64,000 nt of DNA from an uncultured Verrucomicrobiae bacterium. Lineage in GTDB: Bacteria; Verrucomicrobiota; Verrucomicrobiia; Chthoniobacterales; UBA10450. The position numbers and the translations under genes were made by a program. Below are positions 48,890 to 57,957 of this stretch, in pieces. The stretch lies in assembly GCA_963726745.1 (NCBI GenBank), contig CAVSDR010000006.1, forward strand, positions 320,001 through 384,000, given 5' to 3'. Each line of letters begins with the position of its first letter. The stretch's first letter is position 1. Below the pieces are notes generated by a model. The model was not told where the DNA came from and made no database searches. It saw nothing but the letters and a program-made list of their open reading frames with translations.

Positions 48890-49297
48890 ATGAGCCAACA
48901 ACACACAGCAACACGAAGGTCTCGTGGACTCGCTGTCCTTGTCATGGTGGCCGCAGTCGCGCTTCTCGGCGCAGGCTCGGCCCAGGCACAATGGGCAGCC
49001 AAACCCGCGCCTCCGCTCCCGCATACGATCCTCGACCAATCGTATAACGGCTCGGTCGTGCTCGGGCTGGTCTTCGAGAGAGATGGCACCGTCAAGGACG
49101 TCCGCGTCGTCCGCAGCAGCAACATCAGCGGCCTCGATGAAGTGGCCCTGGCTGGTGCGCAACGCTGGCGCCTCGACCCGGCGGCCATCCGCGAGTCCGA
49201 CCTGACCGTCGGCCGCCAGCACTTGATCAAGTTCTACCAGAATACCAAGGTCGCGCGCCGCGTGGAGCCGATTAAGGCCTTCTGGAAGGAACTGTAA
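48890..49297 (+). CDS. Small exported TonB C-terminal-domain protein
   Basis: Signal peptide, GSVVLGLVFERDGTVKDVRVVRSS...LDEVAL...QRWR. Confidence 0.65.
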   Translation: MSQQHTATRRSRGLAVLVMVAAVALLGAGSAQAQWAAKPAPPLPHTILDQSYNGSVVLGLVFERDGTVKDVRVVRSSNISGLDEVALAGAQRWRLDPAAIRESDLTVGRQHLIKFYQNTKVARRVEPIKAFWKEL

Positions 49298-49321
49298 CCG
49301 AGATTCGATCTCGAGTTTGGC

Positions 49322-49349
49322 CGCGCCGCGGAGCGAAAGCCGCGGCGCG
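49322..49349. terminator. GC-rich hairpin downstream of the TonB-like gene, possible terminator
   Basis: CGCGCCGCGG-AGCGAAAG-CCGCGGCGCG perfect 10-bp stem; no adjacent U-tract. Confidence 0.35.
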
Positions 49350-49419
49350 CGGAGGCGTCTTCGCACTTTTGCACTTGCGCCGGGAATCGCTGTCGCGAGC
49401 ATAACCGCACCTCCGGGTT

Positions 49420-50676
49420 ATGGCTTTCTCCACGCGCGAAATTGAATCTCCTGATCCCCTGACCCGGACAGCCCGGGCCGAGGCGGAGCTCGCCGAAAAC
49501 CGCGACGATATTGGCGAGCGCATGGTCCTGAATATGGGGCCATCTCACCCGGCGACGCATGGTGTTCTTCGCCTGATTCTGGAGTTAGACGGCGAGACGA
49601 TTACCAAGGCAACGCCCGACGTCGGTTACCTCCACCGCGGCGACGAAAAAATCGCGGAAAACATGCAGTACAACCAGTTTGTCCCCTACACGGACCGGCT
49701 GGATTACCTCGCGCCGCTGGCCAACAACGTGGCCTACGCCTGCGCGGTCGAAAAGCTCATGGGCTGGGAGTTGCCGCCCCGCGGTAAAGCCATCCGCGTG
49801 CTCTGTTGCGAGCTCGCGCGCATCCAGGCGCACTTGCTCGGGATCGGCGCGATGGCGCTCGATCTCGGGGCGCTCACGGTCTTCATGTACACCTTCACCG
49901 AGCGGGAGAAGATCTACAATCTTTGCGAGATGATCTCGGGGGCGCGTTTTACCACTTCCTACACGCGCGTCGGTGGCCAAATTCGCGACTTGCCGGATAA
50001 TTTCATGCCTGCGTTGAAGGCGTTCGTCGATGGATTCCTCCCGCAGTTACAGGAGGTGGACGATCTGCTCACCCGCAATCGCATTTTCGTCGATCGCACG
50101 CGCGACGTGGGTGTGATCGCGAAGGATCGGGCGATTGCCTACGCTTTGTCCGGCCCGAACCTCCGCGGCAGCGGAATCGATCATGATCTGCGCCGGAAGC
50201 ATCCCTATCTGGATTACGAGCAATACGACTTCGAAATCCCGATCGGCTCCGTGGGTGACGCCTACGATCGCTACATGGTTCGCCTGGAAGAAATGCGTCA
50301 GAGCGTGCGCATTCTCCTCCAAATCATCGACAAACTCCCGACCGGCCCGATCAACATCGTCGACTGGAAAAACACCCTTCCGCCGAAGGGCCGGGTGATG
50401 ACCAAAATGGAGGAGTTGATCCACCATTTCATCGTCGTGACCGAAGGGCTCGACGCACCGCCGGGCGAGATTTATTTCGGCGCGGAAAATCCGAAAGGCG
50501 AGCTCGGTTTTTACATTCACAGCAAGGGCGGCGGCGTGCCCTATCGGCTAAAGATTCGCTCACCCTCGTTCGTGAACCTGAGCATCCTGCCCGAGCTCCT
50601 GCCCGGTCACAGCGTCAGCGACGTGGTTTCCATCCTCGGCAGTCTGGACTTCGTCATGGGCGAATGCGACAGGTGA
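49420..50676 (+). CDS. nuoD: NADH-quinone oxidoreductase subunit D
   Basis: LNMGPSHPATHGVLR, GYLHRG, ENPKGELG, DFVMGECDR. Confidence 0.95.
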   Translation: MAFSTREIESPDPLTRTARAEAELAENRDDIGERMVLNMGPSHPATHGVLRLILELDGETITKATPDVGYLHRGDEKIAENMQYNQFVPYTDRLDYLAPLANNVAYACAVEKLMGWELPPRGKAIRVLCCELARIQAHLLGIGAMALDLGALTVFMYTFTEREKIYNLCEMISGARFTTSYTRVGGQIRDLPDNFMPALKAFVDGFLPQLQEVDDLLTRNRIFVDRTRDVGVIAKDRAIAYALSGPNLRGSGIDHDLRRKHPYLDYEQYDFEIPIGSVGDAYDRYMVRLEEMRQSVRILLQIIDKLPTGPINIVDWKNTLPPKGRVMTKMEELIHHFIVVTEGLDAPPGEIYFGAENPKGELGFYIHSKGGGVPYRLKIRSPSFVNLSILPELLPGHSVSDVVSILGSLDFVMGECDR

Positions 50677-50686
50677 CCCCAACTTT

Positions 50687-50992
50687 ATGAAAACACTGAA
50701 AAGCAGCCTCTGGTTAGCCTTGCTCTCGATGATTTTGGTCGCTTTTGCGTCCTGCGATCGCGGCTCGCTCGCGGTCTCGAAGCTCTCGCTGCCGAACTAC
50801 GACAAGGTCACCATGGGGATGTCGAAGAATCAGGTGGAAACGATCCTCGGCCAGCCGACCACTGCCGAGACCAAGGACATGATCATTTTCAAGAAGACGA
50901 CCTACAAATACGAGGACGGGAAAAAGTTCGTCATGGTCACCTTCAAGAACGACGAGGTCGACGGCAAAGATACCAACCTCGGGCGCGACTAA
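50687..50992 (+). CDS. Small lipoprotein, BamE/SmpA/BLIP-like
   Basis: Lipobox FASC; YDKVTMGMSKNQVETILGQP. Confidence 0.7.
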   Translation: MKTLKSSLWLALLSMILVAFASCDRGSLAVSKLSLPNYDKVTMGMSKNQVETILGQPTTAETKDMIIFKKTTYKYEDGKKFVMVTFKNDEVDGKDTNLGRD

Positions 50993-51001
50993 CGAGTCCT
51001 G

Positions 51002-51292
51002 GTGGCGCGCAGGATGATTTTCCCCCGGCTCTTGGCTTTGCTTCTCGGCGCGTCGCTTCTCGGCGCTTGCCAGCCGTCGAAAAGGCTCACGAAAGCGAAT
51101 GTCGATCAGGTGGCCGACGGCATGGCCCGGAAACAGGTGGAATCGATCCTCGGCCTGCCGACTTCCGTGGACACCAAGGATTACGCGGTGATCAAAAAGA
51201 CGACTTACCTTTACTCTCAGCCGAACGGGACCGTCCGGATCACCTTCAAGGAAGACAAGGTGGAATCGAAGGAAACGACTCTGGTCGACTGA
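51002..51292 (+). CDS. Small lipoprotein, paralog of the preceding gene
   Basis: Lipobox LGAC; VDQVADGMARKQVESILGLP...KKTTY...TFK. Confidence 0.7.
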   Translation: MARRMIFPRLLALLLGASLLGACQPSKRLTKANVDQVADGMARKQVESILGLPTSVDTKDYAVIKKTTYLYSQPNGTVRITFKEDKVESKETTLVD

Positions 51293-51318
51293 AGTTGCTG
51301 GCTAATTTTCTTAACGCC

Positions 51319-53343
51319 GTGGAGATCCCGATCAACAAAGAGGCCGTTCTGCCGGAGGAGATCGTGCCCGAGACGCCTGCCGAGTCTCCGCACGCGCCCG
51401 AGGTTCCGCCGGAATTAGTCGGCGAGATGGAGCGCGCGATTGCCCGCTACCCGGCCGATCGCATCCGCAGCGCTTCCATGCCGTTGCTGCACCTCTGGCA
51501 GGAACACTTCGGCTACATCAGCGATGAAGGCGTTGTCTGGATCGCGGCCAAGCTCGGCCTCCAGCCGATCAACATTCTCGAGTTGGTCACCTTTTACCCG
51601 ATGTATCGCCAGCATCCCGCAGGCCGGAAACATCTCCGCGTTTGCCGCACGCTCAGTTGCGCCATGGCCGGAAGCTACGAGCTCCGTGAACAGCTCGCGG
51701 CGCAATGCGGGATCGACCTGAATCACCGCGACACCGGAATGCACAACCCAGTCGCGGTCAGTGCGGACGGTGAATACAGCATCGAATTTGTCGAATGCCT
51801 TGCGAGCTGCGGGACCGCCCCGGTCTGCATGGTCGACGACGCGCTGCACGAGAACGTCCGCCCGGAGGTGGCGGCGACGCTGCTCCAGCAGCCGGGCGAC
51901 TTGCAGCATCAAGCCGCGCCGCATCCGCTCGAGCGCCGGCTCATTTTCCGAAACATCGGCCGCGAAGGCTACGGCACCGATCTCGATTCTTACGTGCGCC
52001 AAGGCGGCTACGAGCAGTTGAAAAAAGCCATCACGATGTCGCGCACGGAGATCGTCAACGAGGTGAAAACCTCCGGCCTGCGTGGCCGTGGCGGCGCGGG
52101 GTTTCCTTGCGGCGTGAAGTGGGGCTTCATCAAGCCGGACGAACAGAAGCCGGTCTACCTGATCTGCAACGCCGACGAGTCCGAGCCGGGCACTTTCAAG
52201 GATCGCTATATCATCCATCAGGATCCGCATCAGCTGATCGAAGGGATGCTGATCTCGGCTTTCGCGCTCAATGCGCGCACCGCTTACATCTACATTCGCG
52301 GCGAGTTTCCGGAAGGTGCGCGCATCCTGGAAAACGCGATCGAGGAAGCGCGGGCGCAGAATTTTTTAGGCAGCAATATCCTCGGCACCGGTTTTGACTG
52401 CGAGATCTACGTCCACCGCGGCGCGGGCGCTTACATCTGCGGCGAGGAGACCGGCCTGATCGAGTCGCTCGAAGGCAAGCGCGCCTACCCGCGGATCAAG
52501 CCGCCCTATTTCCCCGCAGTCCTCGGCCTCTACATGTGCCCGACGATCGTGAACAACGTAGAGACGCTCTGCCACGTGAAGCACATCATTGAGCTCGGCG
52601 GCGCGGAATACGCTCGGCTTGGTCGTCCAAATAACACCGGCACGCGCATCCTTTGCGTCAGCGGCGACGTCCAGCGTCCCGGCTACTACGAGGTCGAAGT
52701 CGGCTCCGTGACCATGGGCCAGCTGCTTTTCGACATGGCTGGCGGGCCGCGTTACGGGCGCAATTTTAAAGCGGTCATTCCCGGTGGCAGCTCCGCGAAA
52801 GTGCTGCGCGCAGACGACGTTTTCAAAATCAAGGATGCGGAGATGTCGCTCTTCGATTTGCCGATGGATTTCGACTCGTTGGCCGCGGCCGGCTCGATGG
52901 CCGGCTCCGGCGGCGTGATCGTGCTGGATGATTCCCGCGACATGGTCTGGACGTTGAACAACATCAACGAATTCTACGCGCACGAGAGCTGCGGCCAGTG
53001 CACCCCATGCCGTGAAGGTTCGCTTTGGATGAAGAAGATCACCGACCGCATGCTCCTGGGCGGCGGCGTGATTGAGGACCCGCGCACGCTCAAGACCGTA
53101 GCCGACAACATCGCCGGCCGGACGATCTGCGCCTTTGGCGAAGCCTGCGCCTGGCCAACGCAAAGCTTCACCGAAAAATTTGCCGACGAGTTCACCGCCA
53201 AGGCCACGGCCGCGCTTCCGCCCCCGCTCCCACCCGAGCTCACGCCCGGCGAATTGATCCAGGAACAAGGCGCGCAAATCGAAACCGTCGCCATGGCCCA
53301 CGACCCCGGCTGGGACCGCGCCGGCGCGAAAGGGACGGTCTAG
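51319..53343 (+). CDS. nuoF: Fused NADH-quinone oxidoreductase subunits E and F
   Basis: NuoE 2Fe-2S ligands (CRTLSC...CLASC) in frame with NuoF (GRGGAGF, NADESEPG, YICGEETGL, CGQCTPC...TIC); start approximate. Confidence 0.88.
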   Translation: MEIPINKEAVLPEEIVPETPAESPHAPEVPPELVGEMERAIARYPADRIRSASMPLLHLWQEHFGYISDEGVVWIAAKLGLQPINILELVTFYPMYRQHPAGRKHLRVCRTLSCAMAGSYELREQLAAQCGIDLNHRDTGMHNPVAVSADGEYSIEFVECLASCGTAPVCMVDDALHENVRPEVAATLLQQPGDLQHQAAPHPLERRLIFRNIGREGYGTDLDSYVRQGGYEQLKKAITMSRTEIVNEVKTSGLRGRGGAGFPCGVKWGFIKPDEQKPVYLICNADESEPGTFKDRYIIHQDPHQLIEGMLISAFALNARTAYIYIRGEFPEGARILENAIEEARAQNFLGSNILGTGFDCEIYVHRGAGAYICGEETGLIESLEGKRAYPRIKPPYFPAVLGLYMCPTIVNNVETLCHVKHIIELGGAEYARLGRPNNTGTRILCVSGDVQRPGYYEVEVGSVTMGQLLFDMAGGPRYGRNFKAVIPGGSSAKVLRADDVFKIKDAEMSLFDLPMDFDSLAAAGSMAGSGGVIVLDDSRDMVWTLNNINEFYAHESCGQCTPCREGSLWMKKITDRMLLGGGVIEDPRTLKTVADNIAGRTICAFGEACAWPTQSFTEKFADEFTAKATAALPPPLPPELTPGELIQEQGAQIETVAMAHDPGWDRAGAKGTV

Positions 53344-53344
53344 G

Positions 53345-53773
53345 ATGAATCAGGAAAGCAGGAAACTAGGAAAAGAATTGCCGGAGCGCGATGTCACTCA
53401 TCGCATCATCGGTGCGGCGATAAAGGTCCATCGCGCCTTGGGTCCTGGCTTTCTGGAGTCAGTCTACGAGGAGGCGCTCGCGGTCGAGTTTGCTTTATCC
53501 GGGATTCAGTTCATTCGGCAAAAGCCAATCGCGCTCTTCTATGCAGACCATCAGATTGGCGAACATCGCCTGGATTTCTTGGTCGAGGGGCGAATCGTGG
53601 TCGAACTCAAGGCCATTCGCGCGCTGGAAGACATCCATTTCGCCATCGGCCGCAGCTATCTGAAAGCGACCAACCTTCAGGATGGCCTGCTCTTAAACTT
53701 TGCTACCGCGCCCCTGACAATTAAGCGTTTCTGCCGCGAAGCAGCACCCGAATCGGCAGAGTTGCGCCCTTAA
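53345..53773 (+). CDS. GxxExxY protein (PD-(D/E)xK nuclease-like)
   Basis: GFLESVY motif, RLDFLVEGRIVVELKA, GLLLNF; more A/T-ending codons than neighbouring genes. Confidence 0.9.
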   Translation: MNQESRKLGKELPERDVTHRIIGAAIKVHRALGPGFLESVYEEALAVEFALSGIQFIRQKPIALFYADHQIGEHRLDFLVEGRIVVELKAIRALEDIHFAIGRSYLKATNLQDGLLLNFATAPLTIKRFCREAAPESAELRP

Positions 53774-53801
53774 TTTCCTGTTTTCCTGCTTTCCCGATTC
53801 A
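53346..53801. repeat. 28-bp imperfect inverted repeat bracketing the GxxExxY gene (arms 53346-53373 and 53774-53801)
   Basis: Left arm TGAATCAGGAAAGCAGGAAACTAGGAAA vs reverse complement of right arm TGAATCGGGAAAGCAGGAAAACAGGAAA: 25/28 identical. Confidence 0.85.
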
Positions 53802-53803
53802 CC

Positions 53804-55478
53804 ATGCCCGATCCCGCTCCAGTGCAGATGGTCAACGTCCAGGTCGATGGCGTCTGGAAGCAGTTCCCCAAGGGCACGCGGCTGATCGAAGCGTGCGAGC
53901 AGGCCGGCAGCTACGTCCCGCGCTATTGCTATCACAAGAACCTGAGCTCGCCGGGTAATTGCCGGATGTGCCTGATCGAAATGGGCATGCCGAAGATGGG
54001 TCCCGATCGCCAACCGGTCCTGGGCGAAGATGGCCGGCCGGAGATCAATTGGATGCCGCGCCCGCAAATTTCCTGCGCGCAGGATGTGGCCGAGGGGATG
54101 GGCGTGCGCACGACCTCGCCGATGGTGGAAGAATGCCGCCGCGGGGTGATGGAATTTCTCCTGATCAATCACCCGCTCGATTGCCCGATCTGCGACCAGG
54201 CGGGCGAGTGCCGCTTGCAGGAATTCAGCGTCGAATACGGCAACGCCTCCTCGCGTTTCCTCGAGAACAAGGTCAAGAAGCCGAAGAACGTCGAGCTCGG
54301 GCCGCGGGTCACGCTCGATGACGAGCGCTGCATCCTCTGTTCGCGCTGCATCCGTTTTTGCCAGGAAGTCGCGCAGGACGACGTCCTCGGCTTCATCGAT
54401 CGCGGGAGCCACAGCGTGCTCACAGCGCATCCGGGGAAGAAGCTGGAGAATAACTACTCGCTGAACACGGTCGACATCTGCCCGGTGGGCGCGCTCACCT
54501 CCTCCGATTTCCGGTTCAAGATGCGCGTCTGGTTTCTCAAGGAGACCAAGAGCTTTTGCACCAGCTGCGCGACCGGCTGCAACACCGTCATCGGCACGCG
54601 CGAGAATGTCGTCTATCGCCAGACGCCGCGGGAGAACGACGCGGTCAACAAGACCTGGATGTGCGACTACGGGCGGCTCAACTTCGACTACCTGCACTCC
54701 GGCGCGCGCCTGCTTGAACCGAAGATTTTCGACGGCACCAAGCTCATCCCGGCGAACTGGCAGACCACGATCACGCATGCGGTCGCGCAGTTGAAACACT
54801 TCGCGGCGCACGAGATCGCGATCGTCGCCTCCGCGCGCATGACCAACGAGGAAATGTGGCTGACCGCGCGCCTGGCGAAGATTCTCGGCACGCAGCTCCT
54901 CGAGGTGGTCCCGCACACCGGCCCGGGCGACGACATTCTCCTGAGCAGCGATCGCAACCCGAACACGAACGGCGCCCGCCTCCTCGGCCTGACGCGCGAG
55001 CCGGGTGCGCTCCTCCCGCAGATCGCGCAAGGCGGTCGCCACCGGCCAGGTGAAGGCGCTGGTGGTCCTGCAGGAGAATCCGCTCGAGATCGGGATCACG
55101 CCGGAACAACTCTCCAACCTGCCGGCCTTCATCCTCCTGAACTTGCTGGCTAACGAGTCAACCAACTGCGCGACCGCGCTCCTGCCTTCGGCCGGATTCG
55201 CCGAGAAGCGCGGCTCGATGATCAATCGCACCGGCCGCCTCCAGCGGCTCAATCGCGCGATTCTCCCGCCGGGCGAAGCGCGCGACGACTGGGAGATTTT
55301 GCGCGACCTGATCCAGGAGTATTCCGGGCAGAACGGCATCTACACGATCGAGGAAGTCTTCGCGCAAATCGCGCAATCGGTCCCGGAATTCCAGGGACTG
55401 AACCTTGGGAAGATCGGCGACCTCGGCACGCAATTGCTCCAGGTCGCGGAGGAACAGCGGGAGCCCTCGATCGTTTAA
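53804..55478 (+). CDS. nuoG: NADH-quinone oxidoreductase subunit G; apparent frameshift near 55030
   Basis: CYH...GNCRMC, NHPLDCPICDQAGEC, CILCSRC, CPVGAL, CTSCATGC. Confidence 0.92.
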
Positions 55479-55481
55479 GCG

Positions 55482-56590
55482 ATGCCCTGGTTCCTCATCT
55501 TCACTTCGCTGGCCAAGATCATCGGCGTGATCTTTTTGATCATCCTCCCGATGGTCTCCTACACGGTCTACGCCGAGCGGCGGGTGAGCGCGCTCATCCA
55601 GGATCGCGTGGGCCCGAACCGCGTCGGTCCCGTCCGGTCTCTTCCAGCCGATCGCCGACGCGATGAAGTTCATGCTCAAGGAGGACTTCACGCCCGGCGC
55701 ACGTGAACACCTTCTACTACTGGCTCGCGCCCTGCCTGGCGATGGTGCCGGCGATCGCGACCATCGCGGTGGTCCCGTTTGGCAGCACTTTGTTCGGCGT
55801 GCCGATGGTCATCGCGGACATCAACGTCGGCGTGCTCTACGTCTTCGCGATTGCCTCGTTAGGCGTCTACGGGATCGTGATCGCCGGCTGGTCCTCGAAC
55901 TCAAAGTTCCCTTTCCTCGGCGGTGTCCGCTCGACTTCGCAGATGATCTCCTACGAGCTCTCGCTCGGGCTTGCGGTCATCCCGATTTTTCTGCTCGTGG
56001 GCCAGCTCCGGCTGACCGAGATCGTGCAATACCAGATCAACCATGGCTGGATGATCGCGCCTTTCATCGGCGATTGGGGAAACCTCACGAAATGGCTCCT
56101 GGCCATCCCGATGTTTATTTCCTTCTGGGTCTTCACGATCGCGATCTTCGCGGAAACGAACCGCCTCCCGTTCGATCTCCCGGAAGCGGAGACCGAGCTC
56201 GTCGGCGGCTATCACACGGAATACGGCTCGATGAAGTTCGCCCTCTTTTTCCTGGGCGAATACGCCGCCATGATCACCGGTTCGGCGATCATCGTGACGC
56301 TTTTCCTGGGCGGCTGGCACCTCCCGATTCCCTCGTGGGACGGCGGCTTTCACTGGACCTACATCACTGGCAACGCCGAGGGCTGGCGCGGAATTTTAGG
56401 CGGCCTTTTCAACATCGCGACCTTCTTCGGCAAAGTCGCGGCCTTGCTCGTGGTCTTCATCTGGGTGCGCTGGACGCTGCCGCGTTTCCGTTATGATCAG
56501 CTCATGCGGCTGGGCTGGATTTTCTTTTTCGAGATCGCGCTCGTAAACATCTTCATCGCCGCGCTCATCATCGCTTACCTGCCGCAATAA
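55482..56590 (+). CDS. nuoH: NADH-quinone oxidoreductase subunit H; apparent frameshifts near 55635 and 55702
   Basis: ERRVSALIQDRVGPNRVG, QMISYE, AETNRLPFDLPEAETELVGGYHTEY, LPRFRYDQLM. Confidence 0.92.
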
Positions 56591-56591
56591 A

Positions 56592-57122
56592 ATGGCTCTT
56601 ACCGTCCGCCGCCCAAACCTGAACTGGAAGGAGCGCCTGTATCTCCCGGCGATCGCCAGCGGCATGGCCATCACCTTGAAGCACGTCAAGAACATGGTCC
56701 TCGGCCGGACCAAGGTGACGATGCAATACCCTGAGGAGAAGTGGGACAGCCAGCTGCCCGACCACTACCGCGGCGCGCCCGCGCTGGTGCGCGACGTCGC
56801 CGGACGAATCCGCTGCGTGGCCTGCCAGCTCTGCGAGTTCATCTGCCCGCCGCGCGCGATCAAAATCATTCCGGGCGAGCTCCCGGGCGACGACAAATTC
56901 GCCAAGGTCGAGAAATACCCCAACGAGTTCGATATCGACATGATCCGCTGCATCTACTGCGGCATGTGCGAGGAAGTTTGCCCCGAGCAGGCCATCTTCC
57001 TGCGGAAGGATTACGCGATCACCGGTTTCACCCGGGCGGAGATGGTGCACGACAAGGAGAAGCTCCTCGAGATCGGCGGCGTGATGCACGGCGTGGTCTT
57101 GAAGTGGAACGAGAAGAAGTGA
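56592..57122 (+). CDS. nuoI: NADH-quinone oxidoreductase subunit I
   Basis: Two CxxCxxCxxxCP motifs, TMQYPEEK. Confidence 0.93.
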   Translation: MALTVRRPNLNWKERLYLPAIASGMAITLKHVKNMVLGRTKVTMQYPEEKWDSQLPDHYRGAPALVRDVAGRIRCVACQLCEFICPPRAIKIIPGELPGDDKFAKVEKYPNEFDIDMIRCIYCGMCEEVCPEQAIFLRKDYAITGFTRAEMVHDKEKLLEIGGVMHGVVLKWNEKK

Positions 57123-57625
57123 TGCCTCCCCTGCTCTTCTGGGCCTTCGCGGCTCTCATGCTCGTCTTCGGCGCGGCGGTCGTGATCAACCGCAATCCCG
57201 TGGCCAGCGCGATGAGCCTGGTGGTTTCCTTCCTCGGTCTCTCGGCGCTCTTCATGGGGCTCGACGCCTTCTTCATCGGCGTCATCCAGGTCCTGGTCTA
57301 CGCCGGCGCCGTCATGGTGCTGTTTCTTTTCATCATCATGCTGCTCGACCTGCGGGCGGAAGAACGGCGCAAGATCAACGCGGTCACGTTCGCCGGCGGG
57401 ATTGCCGTTGCGCTTGCCTTCCTCGTGCAAGTTCTCCTCGTCATCAGTCATCTCCGCGGCGCCGGCCAGCCTTTCCCGGCGGTTGCCGTTGGCGGCGCGG
57501 ATGACGTCCGCCAGGTCGGCTTGCTGCTCTTCAGCCAATACAACCTGCCGTTTCAGATCATCGGCGTGCTCGTCCTCGTGGCGACCATCGGCGTGATCGT
57601 CCTGAGCAAGCGCGAGCTCCGCTAA
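57122..57625 (+). CDS. nuoJ: NADH-quinone oxidoreductase subunit J
   Basis: NPVASA, QVLVYAGAVMVLFLFIIMLL. Confidence 0.92.
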   Translation: MPPLLFWAFAALMLVFGAAVVINRNPVASAMSLVVSFLGLSALFMGLDAFFIGVIQVLVYAGAVMVLFLFIIMLLDLRAEERRKINAVTFAGGIAVALAFLVQVLLVISHLRGAGQPFPAVAVGGADDVRQVGLLLFSQYNLPFQIIGVLVLVATIGVIVLSKRELR

Positions 57626-57628
57626 CCC

Positions 57629-57949
57629 ATGGTCACGCTCGGACAATATCTCGCGGTCAGCGGCCTGCTCTTCACGATCGGTTTTGCCGGCGTCCTTCTG
57701 CGCCGGAACATCATCATCATCTTCATGTCGCTCGAGTTGATGCTGAACGCGGCCAACCTCTCGCTCGTGGCTTTCTCCCGCTTCCGGGTCACGCCCGAGG
57801 GCATCCCGAATTACCACGCGCAGGTCTTCGTCTTCTTCATCATCACCGTCGCCGCCGCGGAAGTGGCGGTCGGCCTGGCGATCATCGTGGCGCTTTATCG
57901 CGCCCGGCAAACGACGCACGTCGAGGACATCAACAGCCTGAAATTTTAG
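57629..57949 (+). CDS. nuoK: NADH-quinone oxidoreductase subunit K
   Basis: [23 protein letters not shown]. Confidence 0.93.
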   Translation: MVTLGQYLAVSGLLFTIGFAGVLLRRNIIIIFMSLELMLNAANLSLVAFSRFRVTPEGIPNYHAQVFVFFIITVAAAEVAVGLAIIVALYRARQTTHVEDINSLKF

Positions 57950-57957
57950 CCGACAAG

